DNA of 64,000 bases from Octopus vulgaris. Taxonomy: Eukaryota. This document shows positions 26,660 to 38,799 of the stretch, one piece after another. A program made the position numbers and the translations under genes. Position 1 is the first letter of the stretch. Each line of letters begins with the position of its first letter. The notes beneath the pieces are model-generated. The model had not been told where the DNA came from and did not search any database. It saw only the letters and a list, made by a program, of their open reading frames with translations. The DNA is taken from the NCBI GenBank assembly GCA_951406725.2, contig OX597820.1:116126001-116190000 (forward strand), given 5' to 3'.

Positions 26660-26968
26660 AGGCGTAGGAGTGGCTGTGTGGTAAGTAGCTTGCTTATGAA
26701 CCACATGGTTGCTGGTTCAGTCCCACTGCATGGCACCTTAGGCAAGTGTCTTCTAGTATAGCCTCAGGCCAACCAAAGCCCCTGTGAGTGGATTTGGTAG
26801 ACAGAAACTGAAAGAAGCCCATCGTATATATGTGTGTATATATATATGTATGTGTTTGTCCCCCCCAACATCACTTGACAACCGATGCTGGTGTCTTTAC
26901 GTCCCCGTAACTTAGCAGTTAAGCAAAAGAGACCAATAGAATAAGTACTAGGCTTACAAAGTATAAGT
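26660..26968 (+). mobile_element. SINE family A (3'-truncated)
   Basis: A and B boxes plus body. Confidence 0.8.
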
Positions 26969-27504
26969 ACAAGAGTAGATGAAGACTGCAGCAGCTCATT
27001 GTATATATATATGTGTGTGTGTGTGTATATATATATATATCATCATGATCATAGTTTAATTTCCATCTTCCATGCTAGCATGGGTGGGATAGTACCACAA
27101 GAGCCGGTCAGGCCGAAGCCTGCACCAGACTTCTGTGACTGTTTTGGCAGGATTTTTACAAGTGGATGCCCTTCCTAACACCAACCACTCAGCAGAGTGG
27201 ACTTAGTACTTTTTATGTGGCACAAGCACAGGTGAGGATATGTGTGTGTAAATACTTAAAAATAAATGTTATTAAATGCTTAAAAAGCAAAGAACATTGA
27301 CTGATTGAAGGGTCTAATGCCCAATACAAGAGCTGTGTCTAAATGTGTGTTTGCACAAACTCACACACATACAAGGCTATATATTAAAAGCAGTAACTCC
27401 TGGATAATCACTGAAGTTAAACAAAATTGAAACCTAGTAAGTGCTTAGATGGATAACCACTGGGGAAACGTAGGTGCTGTAAGCATCACTGAAACACTGG
27501 CATA

Positions 27505-27978
27505 ATAATAATAATAATAATGAAATTATTGTATACAGTGCTCAGGTGCACCACAACTTGTCAAAAGTGCATATAAAGTATATGCAGTAATGTACAAATG
27601 TTTGGGGAGTGAACAGTGTATGAGTCAGATACATGCTTGCGTGTGTATGGAGGGAGAAAATCAGGTGTAGTGTTGGCAAATCTCAGAAAGCATGGAAGTT
27701 TTGAAGGATGCAGTGCTCCGACAACTAACAACTGATGCCGGCAGTTTGTTCCATGCTTCAGCAACTCAGCGTGAAAAATGTTTCCTAAAGTCATGGGAGC
27801 TGTGCTGTTTTCTGACTTTGTAAATATGTCCACGGGTGGAGTTTGTAAGATGGTTGATAATTTTATGGGTGTCTGCCAAGTCAGCTGCCAGACGTCGGAG
27901 TTTCAATGTGTCCATGCCCAGGGAAGTAAGGCGTTCAGAATATGGCAAATGCCTGATGGAGGGTATTCTGGATGCGTG
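27505..27978 (-). mobile_element. CR1-type LINE 3' fragment
   Basis: PYSERLTSLGMDTLKLRRLAADLADTHKIINH..TRGHIYKVRKQ..RKHF; (ATT)n tail. Confidence 0.85.
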
Positions 27979-28192
27979 TTAAAGAAATTCCTTTCCTAAC
28001 CATGTGGTTTTGGGTTACAAACCTAGCTGGAGCAAAGCATGGTTGAAATTGAGATCTTGGGGAGAATGCAACTCCTTAATTTGTACACTATAAATAAGTA
28101 TGATATTTGGGACAATAGAAATCTGCAAGACCTGAAGATTAAAAGGATGATGATCAAAACAAGATGTTACCAAGCAGATGGTCAAAATCAAC

Positions 28193-28660
28193 TCATCATC
28201 GTCGTCGTTTAACGTCCGCTTTCCATGCTAGCATGGGTTGGACGATTTGACTGAGGACTGGCAAACCAGATGGCTGCACCAGGCTCCAATCTTGATTTGG
28301 CAGAGTTTCTACAGCTGGATGCCCTTCCTAACGCCAACCACTCCAAGAATGTAGTGGGTGCTTTTACGTGCCACTGGCACGAGGGCCAGTCAGGCGTTAC
28401 TGGCAGCGGTCACGGAAAATCGTGTTTTTTTTTTTTTATGTGTCACCTGCACACTGGTACAAGTGCCAGTAAGGCAATGCTGGTAATGATCACGTTCGAA
28501 TGGTGCTTTTTACGTGCCACCGGCACGAACGCCAGTCAGCTGCTCTGGCAACGCTCACGCTCGGATGGTGCTCTTAGTGCTCCACTAGCACGGATGCCAG
28601 TCATCGAATTTTATTTCGGTTCTGATTTCACTTGCCTCAACAGGTCTTTGCAAGCAGAGT
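28193..28660 (-). mobile_element. Short retroposon family C with degenerate 5' tandem units
   Basis: Core plus 3-4 GGTGCTTTTTACGTGCCAC-anchored units. Confidence 0.75.
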
Positions 28661-28748
28661 CCAATGAAGGGAAAATTAAAAAAAGGAAATAGAAACACAT
28701 ACAAGAATGCAAGCTTCCTGGAATACATGAATGAATAAGTGCACACAT

Positions 28749-29137
28749 ACTCTTTTACTTGTTTCAGTCATTTGACTGCGGCCATGCTGGAGCACCGCCT
28801 TTAGTCGAGCAAATCGACCCCGGGACTTATTCTTTGTAAGCCCAGTACTTATTCTATCGGTCTCTTTTACCGAACCGCTAGGACGTAAACACACCAGCAT
28901 CGGTTGTCAAGCAATGCTAGGGGGACAAACACAGACACACAAACACACACACACATATATATATACATATATACGACAGGCTTCTTTCAGTTTCCGTCTA
29001 CCAAATCCACTCACAAGGCATTGGTCGGCCCGGGGCTATAGCAGAAGACACTTGCCCAAGATGCCACGCAGTGGGACTGAACCCGGAACCATGTGGCTGG
29101 TTAGCAAGCTACTTACCACACAGCCACTCCTGCGCCT
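28749..29137 (-). mobile_element. SINE family A
   Basis: Full-length reverse copy. Confidence 0.9.
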
Positions 29138-29402
29138 ATGTATGTATAAATCTGAAAACGTGAGAGTAGATGTGTGTAAAAATTTGACTCGGTGGGTTAT
29201 TGGACAATACGAAAACATGAAGGATTGGTCAGTATACAAAGCATTTCTAAAAATTATTTCTTAATTTTTATTAGGTTTATTAGCATGAAAATACATAGTA
29301 ATTAGATTCAAATGCTATATACAAGTTAATCTACATTTCTTAAAAATATTTATTAACCAAACATTTTTGTTGATTTCTTCTTAGTGGTTTCATCATTTGT
29401 CT

Positions 29403-29491
29403 TCAAACTCGTATTGGCACTTCTGAACCAACAGTTTGATATTCAGTGTTGTAGAACTTAGGAACTGTCATGAGGGATGATAGGCTCGCTT
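29403..29491 (-). CDS. SAXO3: SAXO3-like gene, terminal coding exon
   Basis: Acceptor TTTTTCCAG, phase 1; (K)ASLSSLMTVPKFYNTEYQTVGSEVPIRV*; AATAAA on minus strand at 29349-29354. Name is from recalled similarity to vertebrate SAXO3, not from a search. Confidence 0.75.
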
Positions 29492-29601
29492 CTGGAAAAA
29501 CAAAATGAAAAGTCTGATAAATCTCAAGGAACTTTCCTCTCCCTCTCTCGCTCACTCAATATTTCTTTCATTAATTGTTAAACTAAATAAATGATATTTT
29601 A

Positions 29602-29835
29602 AGGCGGCGAGCTGGCAGAAACGTTAGCACACCGGGCGAAATGCTCAGCGGTATTTCGTCTGCTGCTACGTTCTGAGTTCAAATTCCGCCGAGGTCGACT
29701 TTGCCTTTCATCCTTTCGGGGTCAATAAATTAAGTACCAGTTACGCACTGGGGTCGATACAATCGACTTAATCCGTTTGTCTGTCCTTGTTTGTCTTCTC
29801 TGTGTTTAGCCTCTTGTGGGTAGTAAAGAAATAGA
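29602..29835 (+). mobile_element. SINE family B (full length; core resembles the Meta-SINE domain)
   Basis: GGCGGCGAGCTGGCAGAAACGTTAGCAC...GAGTTCAAATTCC...GAGGTCGACTTTGCCTTTCATCCTTTCGGGGTC. Confidence 0.8.
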
Positions 29836-29929
29836 TATTTGATTATACACAGTATCTACTTTTATCTTGTTTTGGTAATTGGAGTGGTGGTTGTGCTGGG
29901 CTTACTCTCTTGAAGGGTTTTAATCAAAG

Positions 29930-30135
29930 AGTGCCAGTGGCACGTAAAAAGCACCAACCGATCATGGCCGCTGCCAACCTCTGGAGTGGTTGGCATTAGG
30001 AAGGGCATCCAGCTGTAGAAACACTGCCAGATCAGACTGGAGCCTGGTGCAGCCTCCTGGCTTCCCAGAACCTGGTCGAACCGTCCAACCCATGCTAGCA
30101 CAGAAAACGGACATTAAACGATGATGATGATGATG
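29930..30135 (+). mobile_element. Short retroposon family C
   Basis: GTGCCAGTGGCACGTAAAAAGCACC head, core, (GAT)n tail. Confidence 0.8.
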
Positions 30136-30819
30136 AAACAGGCCCCAGGGCTTATATTTTAAGTTTGGCATTTATTCTATCGGTCTCTGGTGCTGAACTG
30201 CTAAGTTATGGAGATGAAAACAAATCAACACTGAGTGTCAAGGAGTAGGCAGCACTAGGAGTTCTCTACACAACTTGGGTGGAAAAAATATCACAAAAGG
30301 ATTCTGATTGAAAGGATTAGTAATATTATCTTTTGCCAAAAGATATCCAAATATGAACATTTATATCATTATCATCATCATCATCATCGTTTTAATGTCC
30401 ACTTTTCTATGCTTGCATGGGTTTGACAGAGTTCATTGAAGCAGATCTTCGATAGCTGAATGCCCTTCTTGACACCAACCCTTACCTGTTTCCAAGCAAG
30501 GTAACATTTCCCCATGGCCTGACATGGTTTTCATGGCAGACTGGAAATAAACAGCTTCGTTTGCATGATAATGGTACTTATTTACCAACTATCATAGAAC
30601 GAGTTGACAAGGGTGCACACACACACACATGATGGGTATCTTTCAGTTTCTGGATACCAAATCTACTCACAAAGCTTTAGTTGGTTAAGGCTATAGTAGA
30701 AGGCATTTACCTAAGGTACGACACAGAACAAAATTCAAGATCAAACTCTTGTACTTATGCAGGAATATATACACATTATTTACAATTGACGGATATTTGT
30801 CCTCATCTTGTTTGTTGTT

Positions 30820-30865
30820 AACACAATGTTTCAGCTGATATACCCTCCAGCCTTCATCAGGTGTC
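30820..30865 (-). ncRNA. Minimal type-I hammerhead ribozyme (left arm)
   Basis: GACAC CTGATGA a GGCTG-gagggtatat-CAGCT GAAA CA TT GTGTT; stem III carries a CpG-type G>A change. Confidence 0.65.
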
Positions 30866-30932
30866 TTGGGGAAATTTTGAACCTGGGTTCTCATTCCTAA
30901 GATATTTTTCAATGCTATTATTATTATTATTA

Positions 30933-30966
<34 letters not shown>

Positions 30967-31204
30967 AGTCACTGCCTGGAATCAAGCTACTAACCCCAAG
31001 ATTCCGAGTTTGATCACAGGCAGTGACCTGAATAATAATAATAATAATGATAATAGTAATAATCATAATAATAATAAGAAGAAGAAGAACAACAACAACG
31101 ACGATGATGATGATGATAATAATAATAATAACAATAATGATAATAATAATAATAACATCGAAAAATACCTTACGAATGAGAACCCAGGTTTTAAATTTCC
31201 CCAA

Positions 31205-31250
31205 GACACCTGATGAAGGCTGGAGGGTATAACAGCTGAAACGTTGTGTT
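31205..31250 (+). ncRNA. Minimal type-I hammerhead ribozyme (right arm)
   Basis: GACAC CTGATGA a GGCTG-gagggtataa-CAGCT GAAA CG TT GTGTT; loopless palindromic stem III (ACGT); predicted cleavage after 31245. Confidence 0.8.
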
Positions 31251-31439
31251 AACAACAAACAAGATGAGGACAAATATCCGTCAAATGTAAATAATTCCTC
31301 ATCTCTTAAATATAGAACTGTATGAATATATACATTTTCCCCTAAATTCCATCCAAAAGGCATTAGTTGACCAGAGTCTGTGATTGTGAAGCAAGCTTTC
31401 TACCCACAAACTCATACCTGCATTTATAACCATATGACC

Positions 31440-31997
31440 ATAGGGGACAAACAAGGAAAGGCAAAGTCGACCTTCAAATTCTGCCAAGGTCGACTTTGCC
31501 TTTCATCCTTTCGGGGTCGATAAATTAAGTACCAGTTACGCACTGGGGTCGATGTAATCGACTTAATCCGTTTGTGTGTCCTTGTTTGTCCCCTCTATGT
31601 TTAGCCCTTTGTGGGTAGTAAAGAAATAGGTATTTCATCTGCTGTTACGTTCTGAGTTCAAATTCAGCCAAGGTTGACTTTGCCTTTCATCATTTCGGAG
31701 TCGATAAATTAAGTACCAGTTACTCACTAGGGTTGATGTAATCAACTTAATCCCTTTGTCTGTCCTTGTTTGTCCCCTCTGTGTTTAGCCCTTTGTAGGC
31801 AGTAAAGAAATAGGTATTTCATCTGCAATTACATTCTGAGTTCAAATTCCGCCGAGGTCGACTTTGCCTTTCATCATTTCGGGGTTGATTAAATAAGTAC
31901 CAGTTACTCACTGGGGTTGATGTAATCAACTTAATCCCTTTGTCTGTCCTTGTTTGTCCCCTCTATGTTTATCCCCTTGTGGGCAATAAAGAAATAT
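31440..31997 (+). repeat. Three tandem units of about 183 bp of SINE family B, preceded by a short inverted piece
   Basis: TTCAAATTC..C.AGGT.GACTTTGCC recurs at about 31473, 31657 and 31841. Confidence 0.85.
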
Positions 31998-32119
31998 ATA
32001 ACCCTATGACCTGGTTATCCAAAACAAAATCTTCATGACCATGTCACTTTGACAAATCTATGAGTTATTAGTTTTTATATAATAAATACAGGCGAAAAAT
32101 GAGAATATATTTTACTTAC

Positions 32120-32220
32120 TTGGTAATGTATATGGTGTCTCTACTGTAGTGTAATAGATATATTTTTGGTTCAAATGTGATGGCCTTTCGTAGAGCCCTT
32201 GGTACTCAGAAAGATGGCCC
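32120..32220 (-). CDS. SAXO3: SAXO3-like gene, internal exon
   Basis: Acceptor TTTTTTCAG, donor AA/GTAAGT; 101 nt, phase 2 in and 1 out; GHLSEYQGLYERPSHLNQKYIYYTTVETPYTLP. Confidence 0.8.
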
Positions 32221-32847
32221 CTGAAAAAACATTTGCAGAAAATTATATTTATGTTTATGGTGTAATCCAATGAGAGTTGTTTCACCTGATGGAAATAGCA
32301 GCTAAGTCTTTCTTGAGGACAAATACATTGGACTTTATAGTTTTTAGGTGTGTTATGTTTGAAAATAGTGAGATGGTCATGGTGGGATCTCACAATAGTA
32401 TATAATTATTCATCTTCATGGTACTGCACACACACACACACACATCACCATATATGGCAGGCTTCTTGCAGTTTCCATCTACTGAAACAACTCATAAGGC
32501 ATTGGTCAGCTGTAATAGAAGACACTTGCCCGAGGTGCTGTACAGTGGGACTGAACCCAAGATGACATGATTGGGAAGTAAACTTCTCAACCATGTCTGC
32601 AACTACAGCCATACCTGTGTGTGACTGGTATTTATTTCAGTGATGCCTAAAATGAATAATATTTATAACTCGCAATAGGATTTCATGTCTAGGGAGACGG
32701 ACAGAAAACGATAAATGGGGTGGTGGTCATGGTGGAGACACATGTTGATTTATGATGTTCTAAGTTTGTGTTTTTTCCATCTTCAAATTGTGTATTTTGA
32801 AAGAATTTGTCTCATTGATTGTTTTCTCTCTAAGTTTTACCAACTGA

Positions 32848-33155
32848 ATCACCATCATCACCACCATTATCATCGCTATTATTCATTGCCATCATCATCG
32901 CCATTCACCATTGTCATCATCGTTGTCATCATCATCATCACCATCATCATCACCATTATTCATCGCCATTATCATTGCCATCATCGTTGTCATCATCATC
33001 ATCACCATCATCACCACCATCACCACCACCATCATCATCGCAATCATCATCGCAATCATCATCATCATCATCATCGTTGTCATCATCATCACCACAACCA
33101 CAACCACCACCACCACCATCGTTGTCGTTGTCGTCATCATCATCATCATCTTCAT
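32848..33155. repeat. Degenerate (CAT/CAC)n microsatellite, expanded tail of a family C copy
   Basis: Direct reading; runs into the TTTAACATCTGTTTTCCATGCTGGCATGG family C end. Confidence 0.9.
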
Positions 33156-33263
33156 TTAACATCTGTTTTCCATGCTGGCATGGCTTAGATGCTTTGACAG
33201 GAACTGGTAAGGCTGGAGACCACGCCAGGTTCCATCATCTGTTTTGGCATGGTTTCTCCTTCC

Positions 33264-33492
33264 TTAACCCTTTTGTTACCAACCTGGCTGAAACCGGCTG
33301 TGGAGCTGTAGTACAAATGTCTTGTTTTCATGAGTTTTGAATTGAAATCTTCCACTAAACCTTAGTCACAATTTATGTTCCTAACACTAGCTGAATGATA
33401 ACTAAGTTATTTTACAAAAGTCTTTGTTATATTTAAAGTAATTGAAAGAAATACAGAGCATCTCAGAATAAATACAGTAACGAAAGGGTTAA
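33264..33492. mobile_element. piggyBac-type MITE
   Basis: TTAA-CCCTTT..TTAC / GTAACGAAAGGG-TTAA ends; inserted into a family C copy. Confidence 0.85.
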
Positions 33493-34210
33493 TGCCAAAC
33501 ACTTTACAGCTGTACTGAGTGCTTTTCGTGCAGCACCAACACCGGTGCTTTTTACGTGTCACCAATCGACTTAATTTCTACTTGCAAATGAAATATTAAT
33601 TATATTGTAATGATTTGTACTTTGATGTGGTACGACCCACATAGTGCTGTTTGACACATTAGAAACGACCAACTTTTTCAGCCTCCAATTCTGACACATT
33701 GCAAGTGCTGTTGTTTAACCCCAGGTCAGTCCTGATTGAGCAGACTCATGATCAAAGCATTCTAGTGCCATGACTACCCTATCTTATTTTCTTTTCAGAC
33801 TTCATAATTCAATGCATTCATTATGTTTTAAGACTGCATAGTGTAACTTGATGGAGATTTGGTTGCTATTTCTAGCAGGTTGGTAAGTGACATATGGTAT
33901 GATATCGTTTTGTGATTTCTTTTTCAATATTAAAGTAATGTGAAATGATAATGGTGTTGTCAAGCGATGGTGGTGGGTAGACAAACACACAAATATACAT
34001 ATACACACACACACACACACACACATACATACATATATATATATATATATACGATGGGCTTTCAGTTTCCATCTGCCAAATTCACTCACAAGGCTTTGGT
34101 CAGCCCAAAGCTATAGTAGAAGACACTTGCCCAAGGTGCCCCGCAGTGGGTCTGAACCCTGAACTATGTGGTTGGAAAGCAAGTTTCTTACTACACAGCC
34201 ACTTCTGCAC

Positions 34211-34264
<54 letters not shown>

Positions 34265-34667
34265 ATTAGTAACAAAAGCAGTGTTAATATAAAAAGATAA
34301 CATTTATTCCCACTTAAAAGTGGATGTTGTGTCAAAACACACAATCCTGCAACAGTTACCACAAGAGAATATCTCACACTGGCTTTTGGTGCATATAAGC
34401 ACTCTTGTTTTTGTCACTAGCAGAGAGATAACTCATTCACCATCGTCACTGCTCAGACTACCAACTCACATGATTTTGGCCTTTCCTGGCCTTGTCAATG
34501 GTAGACACTCAGATGCTGGAGACAGCAGTGATATCTCTGCTAGCAATATACATAGAATCTCAGTGCCTAAACAGGCTCTGGTGCCACAAGTAGCCAGTGG
34601 GATTATTAAAACATAATTATTAATGACAGAAGCTGTATTGATACCAAAAGGTGATATTTATCTCTGC

Positions 34668-34895
34668 TTAACCCTTTCGTTACCAACCCGGCTGAAACCG
34701 GCTCTGACTCTGAGTAAAAATATCTTGTTTTCATAAGTTTATAATTAAAATCTGCCATCAAACCTTAGTCACAATTTATATTCCTAACATTAGCTGAATG
34801 ATAACTAAGTTATTTTACTAAATTCTTTGTTATATTTAAAGTAATTGAAAGAAACACAGAGCTTCTCAAAATAAATACAGTAACGAAAGGGTTAA
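34668..34895. mobile_element. piggyBac-type MITE
   Basis: Perfect TTAA-CCCTTTCGTTAC / GTAACGAAAGGG-TTAA ends. Confidence 0.9.
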
Positions 34896-34999
34896 AAGTG
34901 CCCTAAGGAGCATACAGTGGGGCTGAACCACATGTTTGGGTAGCAAACTTCTCAATGACGCACCCACAGCTGTATCACTTACATATTTCAAAATTTAAT

Positions 35000-35235
35000 A
35001 ATAACAAAGGGTAAAATTAATTAATTAAGAAGTAATCAATAATTTCACCAAGTAGAATCCGGTATGAAAAAAGGACCATTTCATGGTAAACTTAAGTAAT
35101 ACTAAATAATTAGGGTTCAGCAAAGATTTGCTTTACCCCATACCGAAGTTTGCTTTACCACATACCTGGCTGCTATTTCTAAACTTCGGTATGTGGTAAA
35201 GCAAATCTTTGCTGAACCCTAATTATTTAGTATTT
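35000..35235. mobile_element. Short fold-back fragment related to the 48120-48690 element
   Basis: Arms about 35098-35170 and 35181-35234 are inverted; shares GGCTGCTATTTCTAA..TTCGGTATGTGG with 48514-48546. Confidence 0.6.
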
Positions 35236-35467
35236 CAAAATTTAGGTAGATTTAGTAAAACATCCAACCTTTTCTTTATTAAGCAGGTGGTTAGAACATT
35301 ACTTAGAAAAGTTTCACAAACATAATTACGATGGAATGTTTTAATTTAGATGTGAATTATTTAAGACAGAAACATTTGTATGTTGGGCCCAGGTTGGTGT
35401 TGAAAGGATTGAACAAGAAAGAAGCTTATAAAAATGACTAAGAAACTGATATGAAAAAGTTACTAAC

Positions 35468-35623
35468 TTATGTGGAACGGTGGTAATATATTTTGGAAGT
35501 CTTGGAATACTTGTGCGGTTTTTAAACAGTGCTACATCTTGCATTGGAGGCTTTTTATACACGAGCTTTAAGGAATTGTCATCAGCGGGAGTCTTGGGAC
35601 ACAGGGAGTTGTGTGGATAAAAC
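35468..35623 (-). CDS. SAXO3: SAXO3-like gene, internal exon
   Basis: Acceptor TTCTTTTGTAG, donor AA/GTTAGT; 156 nt, phase 2-2; FYPHNSLCPKTPADDNSLKLVYKKPPMQDVALFKNRTSIPRLPKYITTVPH, joining to give VPHKGHLSEYQ. Confidence 0.8.
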
Positions 35624-36239
35624 CTACAAAAGAAGAAAGAATCAATAAATAAAACAAAAATCATTACAACCTGTGGTGTGTGCACAATTTGAATATAAAG
35701 GCACCTACCTTCTCTTCCTCGTGATGGAGACCCTTCTGTGGTAACTATTCCTTCGACACAGCCCCGACCCGAACACTAAAGATAGCAGCTGCTCACCCAA
35801 ACCCTTAGCGACCGTCCTCACACGTCTTGTCACCTGGATGACCCACGTTGGAGAGGCCCAATTCACCGCTGCCTGTGCACGCCTGACAGCTGCCCCTTCC
35901 AGTTGCCCCAGCTTCTGGTCAACGCACCCAGCTGCTGACATCCAGCTGCTGACGTCATCCCACACAACCAAATCTAAAAGAATTACAAAAAGGAAGATAA
36001 AAAAGAAGTCATCTTTACTCTTTATCTTTTCCTTGTCTCAGACATTGGACAGCAACCAGGCTGAGGCTTGCTCTTGAAGGTTTTAATTGAATAGCTCAAC
36101 CCTAATGCAATCATCTCATTTGCTGCAGTGTTAAGTTAGATGGAAGTAAACAATCCAAGATCTGTTGGCAAGTGGTGATGGTCGTGGGAGACAAACATAA
36201 ACATGAAGGACTCTCCCGTTGGTTTCGAAATATGAGGAT

Positions 36240-36645
36240 CTGACAACCTACACTTTCTTTGTCTGTCATAAAGGCTTATGTCGAATGTGAAATTTGAACC
36301 CCACCAACAATTTGCAAAGAAGCCTGCAGATGTTGCAAGCATGAAGATTAGGGGTCAGTGCCGGTGGTATGCTTGCAGCCGCTTTTCACCTTTGTAGTGC
36401 ACCCATAAGCCTGTTAATGCTGGTTGAAACAAAGTCTCTTATACCATTTCGACATGACAATCTCAATTCTATTCACTCCAAGGCTGTGTGCTCAAAGGTG
36501 CTGTGAGCTATATTGACTGCTAAGAGGTTACTCTTCAGCTTGTCCTCATGGCTGAGCCATGGTTGACCAACATTCTTGTGCCCGCTATCAAGGTGGCTGT
36601 ACATGAAGACTTTGGGTATTCTTTTGTCACTCATTCTGATAATAC
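36240..36645 (-). mobile_element. RTE-clade LINE 3' fragment
   Basis: IIRMSDKRIPKVFMYSHLDSGHKNVGQPWLSHEDKLKSNL, typical of the RTE ORF C-terminus. Confidence 0.8.
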
Positions 36646-36707
36646 AAACATAAAGATACATCTTGTTCATATACATACATAGATACATTCATATATACAT
36701 ACGTATA

Positions 36708-36905
36708 AACATTATTTACATTTGACAGATATTTGTCCTCATCTTGTTTGTTGTTAACACAATGTTTTGGCTGATATACACTCCAGCCTTCATCAGGTGT
36801 CTTGGGGAGATTTTGAACCTGGGTTCTCATTCCTAAGGTATTTTTCGATGTCGTTGTTGTTGTTATTATCATTATTATTCAGGTCACTGCTTGGAATCGA
36901 ACTCA

Positions 36906-36956
<51 letters not shown>

Positions 36957-37066
36957 TAATAATAATAACAATAACATCAAAAAATACCTTAGGAATGAGA
37001 ACCAGGTTTGAAATTTCCCTAAGACACCCGATGAAGGCTTGAGGGTATATCAGCTGAAACGTTGTA
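36708..37066. mobile_element. Penelope-like fold-back element, same family as 30774-31323
   Basis: Inverted arms around an (AAT)n core; decayed hammerheads at 36756-36801 (-; GAAA>AAAA) and 37023-37065 (+; CCGATGA, truncated stem I). Confidence 0.75.
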
Positions 37067-37874
37067 AGGTCTAGTTTTATTTTAATTTTACAAGGAAAAG
37101 TTGACAGTAATTTCAAAGATTCAGCATAGTTGTCTTTGTCAGTCTGATAATAGTGACTGAGCCCAAATGTCAAAGTTACTGTCAACCATTTCTTTGTAAA
37201 TAAATAAAAGATGGCTGTCAACTTGTGAGATGAGTACAACCATAGCTGACTAAATAAAATGCCTCTTGGCATTACATGTTGTGAGAACAACAATGGTTCT
37301 TGAATCCTGCCAGCAACTTATAGAACTTGCTGCAGGTTTGACATTCATACCGATTCTTTTGAATTCCTGGTTCTTCTGGATCATTCTGATGACTTTCTCT
37401 GTGCCCTCTCAGGTGACAAGGTAAACCTGAGCAACTTATACACATTTAAACCTTGTGAAAACTGACCTCACCTGCGCTTGTGCCACGTGAAAAGCCCTCG
37501 GTCCACTCTGCTGGGTGGTTGGTGTTAGGAAGGGCATGCAGCCATAAAAACCTTGCCAAAACAGACACAAAAGTTTGGTGCAGGCTTCTGTTAAACCGTC
37601 CAACCCATGCCAGCATGGAAGGCAGATGTTAAACGATGATGATGATATATACATGCATGCATACATATCTACCTGCCTACCTATCTACTTAACAAAATAC
37701 ATAGGTACATACATATATGTGTGTACATATATGCACACCATGCATACATATATGTGTATATACATACATATTTATGAAAGTGTGTATATATGTGTACATA
37801 TCTCTACATGCATGCACATACACACACATACATGCAGATAAACACAAAGTCTTGTAACTTGATTTGCCAAACAT

Positions 37875-38250
37875 AGGATGAGGATAAAAAGGTTAAAGCC
37901 AGTTTCCATGGGATGAGGATAAAATGGTTAAAGCCATTTTCTGTGGGATAAATATAAAAAGATTAAAGCCAGATTCTGTGAGATAAGGATAAATTGGTTA
38001 AAACCAGTTTCTGTGGGATAAGAATAAAACAGTTAAACCAGTTTCCCAGTTTCTGTGGAATAAGGATAAAACAGTTAAAAACCCGTTTCTGTGGGATAAG
38101 GATAAAAACGGTTAAAACCAGTTTCTGTGGGATAAGGATAAAACGGTTAAAACCAGTTTCTGTGGGATAAGAATAAAACAGTTAAAACCAGTTTCTGTGG
38201 GATAAGGATAAAACGGTTAAAACCAGTTTCTGTGGGATAAGAATAAAACA
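37875..38250. repeat. 35-bp minisatellite, about 10-11 copies
   Basis: GTGGGATAAGGATAAAACGGTTAAAACCAGTTTCT recurs at 38127, 38162, 38197, 38232 and upstream. Confidence 0.9.
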
Positions 38251-38559
38251 TTTTTACCACCTGAGTGGACTAGAGCATTGTGAAATAAAGTGTTTTGCTC
38301 AAGAAAGCAACATGTCACCTCGGCCAGGAACTGAAACCACATTCTTATGATCATGAGCCTAACATCCTAACCACTAAGCCACTTGCCAAACACAGATGCA
38401 TAAAATAAGTACCAAAGTTAAAAATAAGTAATTACTAATATTGATATAATTTACTAACTCCTTCCATGGCATTGCTCCAGCATGACCAAAGCCAGTATGA
38501 GAATAAAAGAAAAGATTATCTGTATAATCTATATCATGGTTAGAAGTTCATAAACTTAC

Positions 38560-38720
38560 ATATCAGTAGTATTTTTATTTCTTTTCAGAGTGTCAGGTTT
38601 GAAAGCATGGTGTGTCATTTGGTAAGTTGTTGCATTTGGATTTAGAAGATTAAAAACTCCTTTATCTTGGGGAATGAACTCATAAAGACTTTTTTGCTCC
38701 AGACCAGCGGGATGACCAAT
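38560..38720 (-). CDS. SAXO3: SAXO3-like gene, internal exon (absent from the ORF track)
   Basis: Acceptor ATGCTTTCAG, donor AT/GTAAGT; 161 nt, phase 0 in and 2 out; IGHPAGLEQKSLYEFIPQDKGVFNLLNPNATTYQMTHHAFKPDTLKRNKNTTD. Confidence 0.8.
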
Positions 38721-38799
38721 CTGAAAGCATAGAAGGAAGATTCAACATTAATTAATTTTATGCAGTATTTCGTGTTTGTACCACATAAAAAACATCAGT

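Larger units (their letters stand above)
30774..31323. mobile_element. Penelope-like fold-back element with a hammerhead in each arm
   Basis: Inverted arms about 30776-30985 and 31010-31295 with internal (ATT)n/(AAT)n; 11-bp direct repeat GAATATATACA at 30763-30773 and 31324-31334. Confidence 0.8.
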
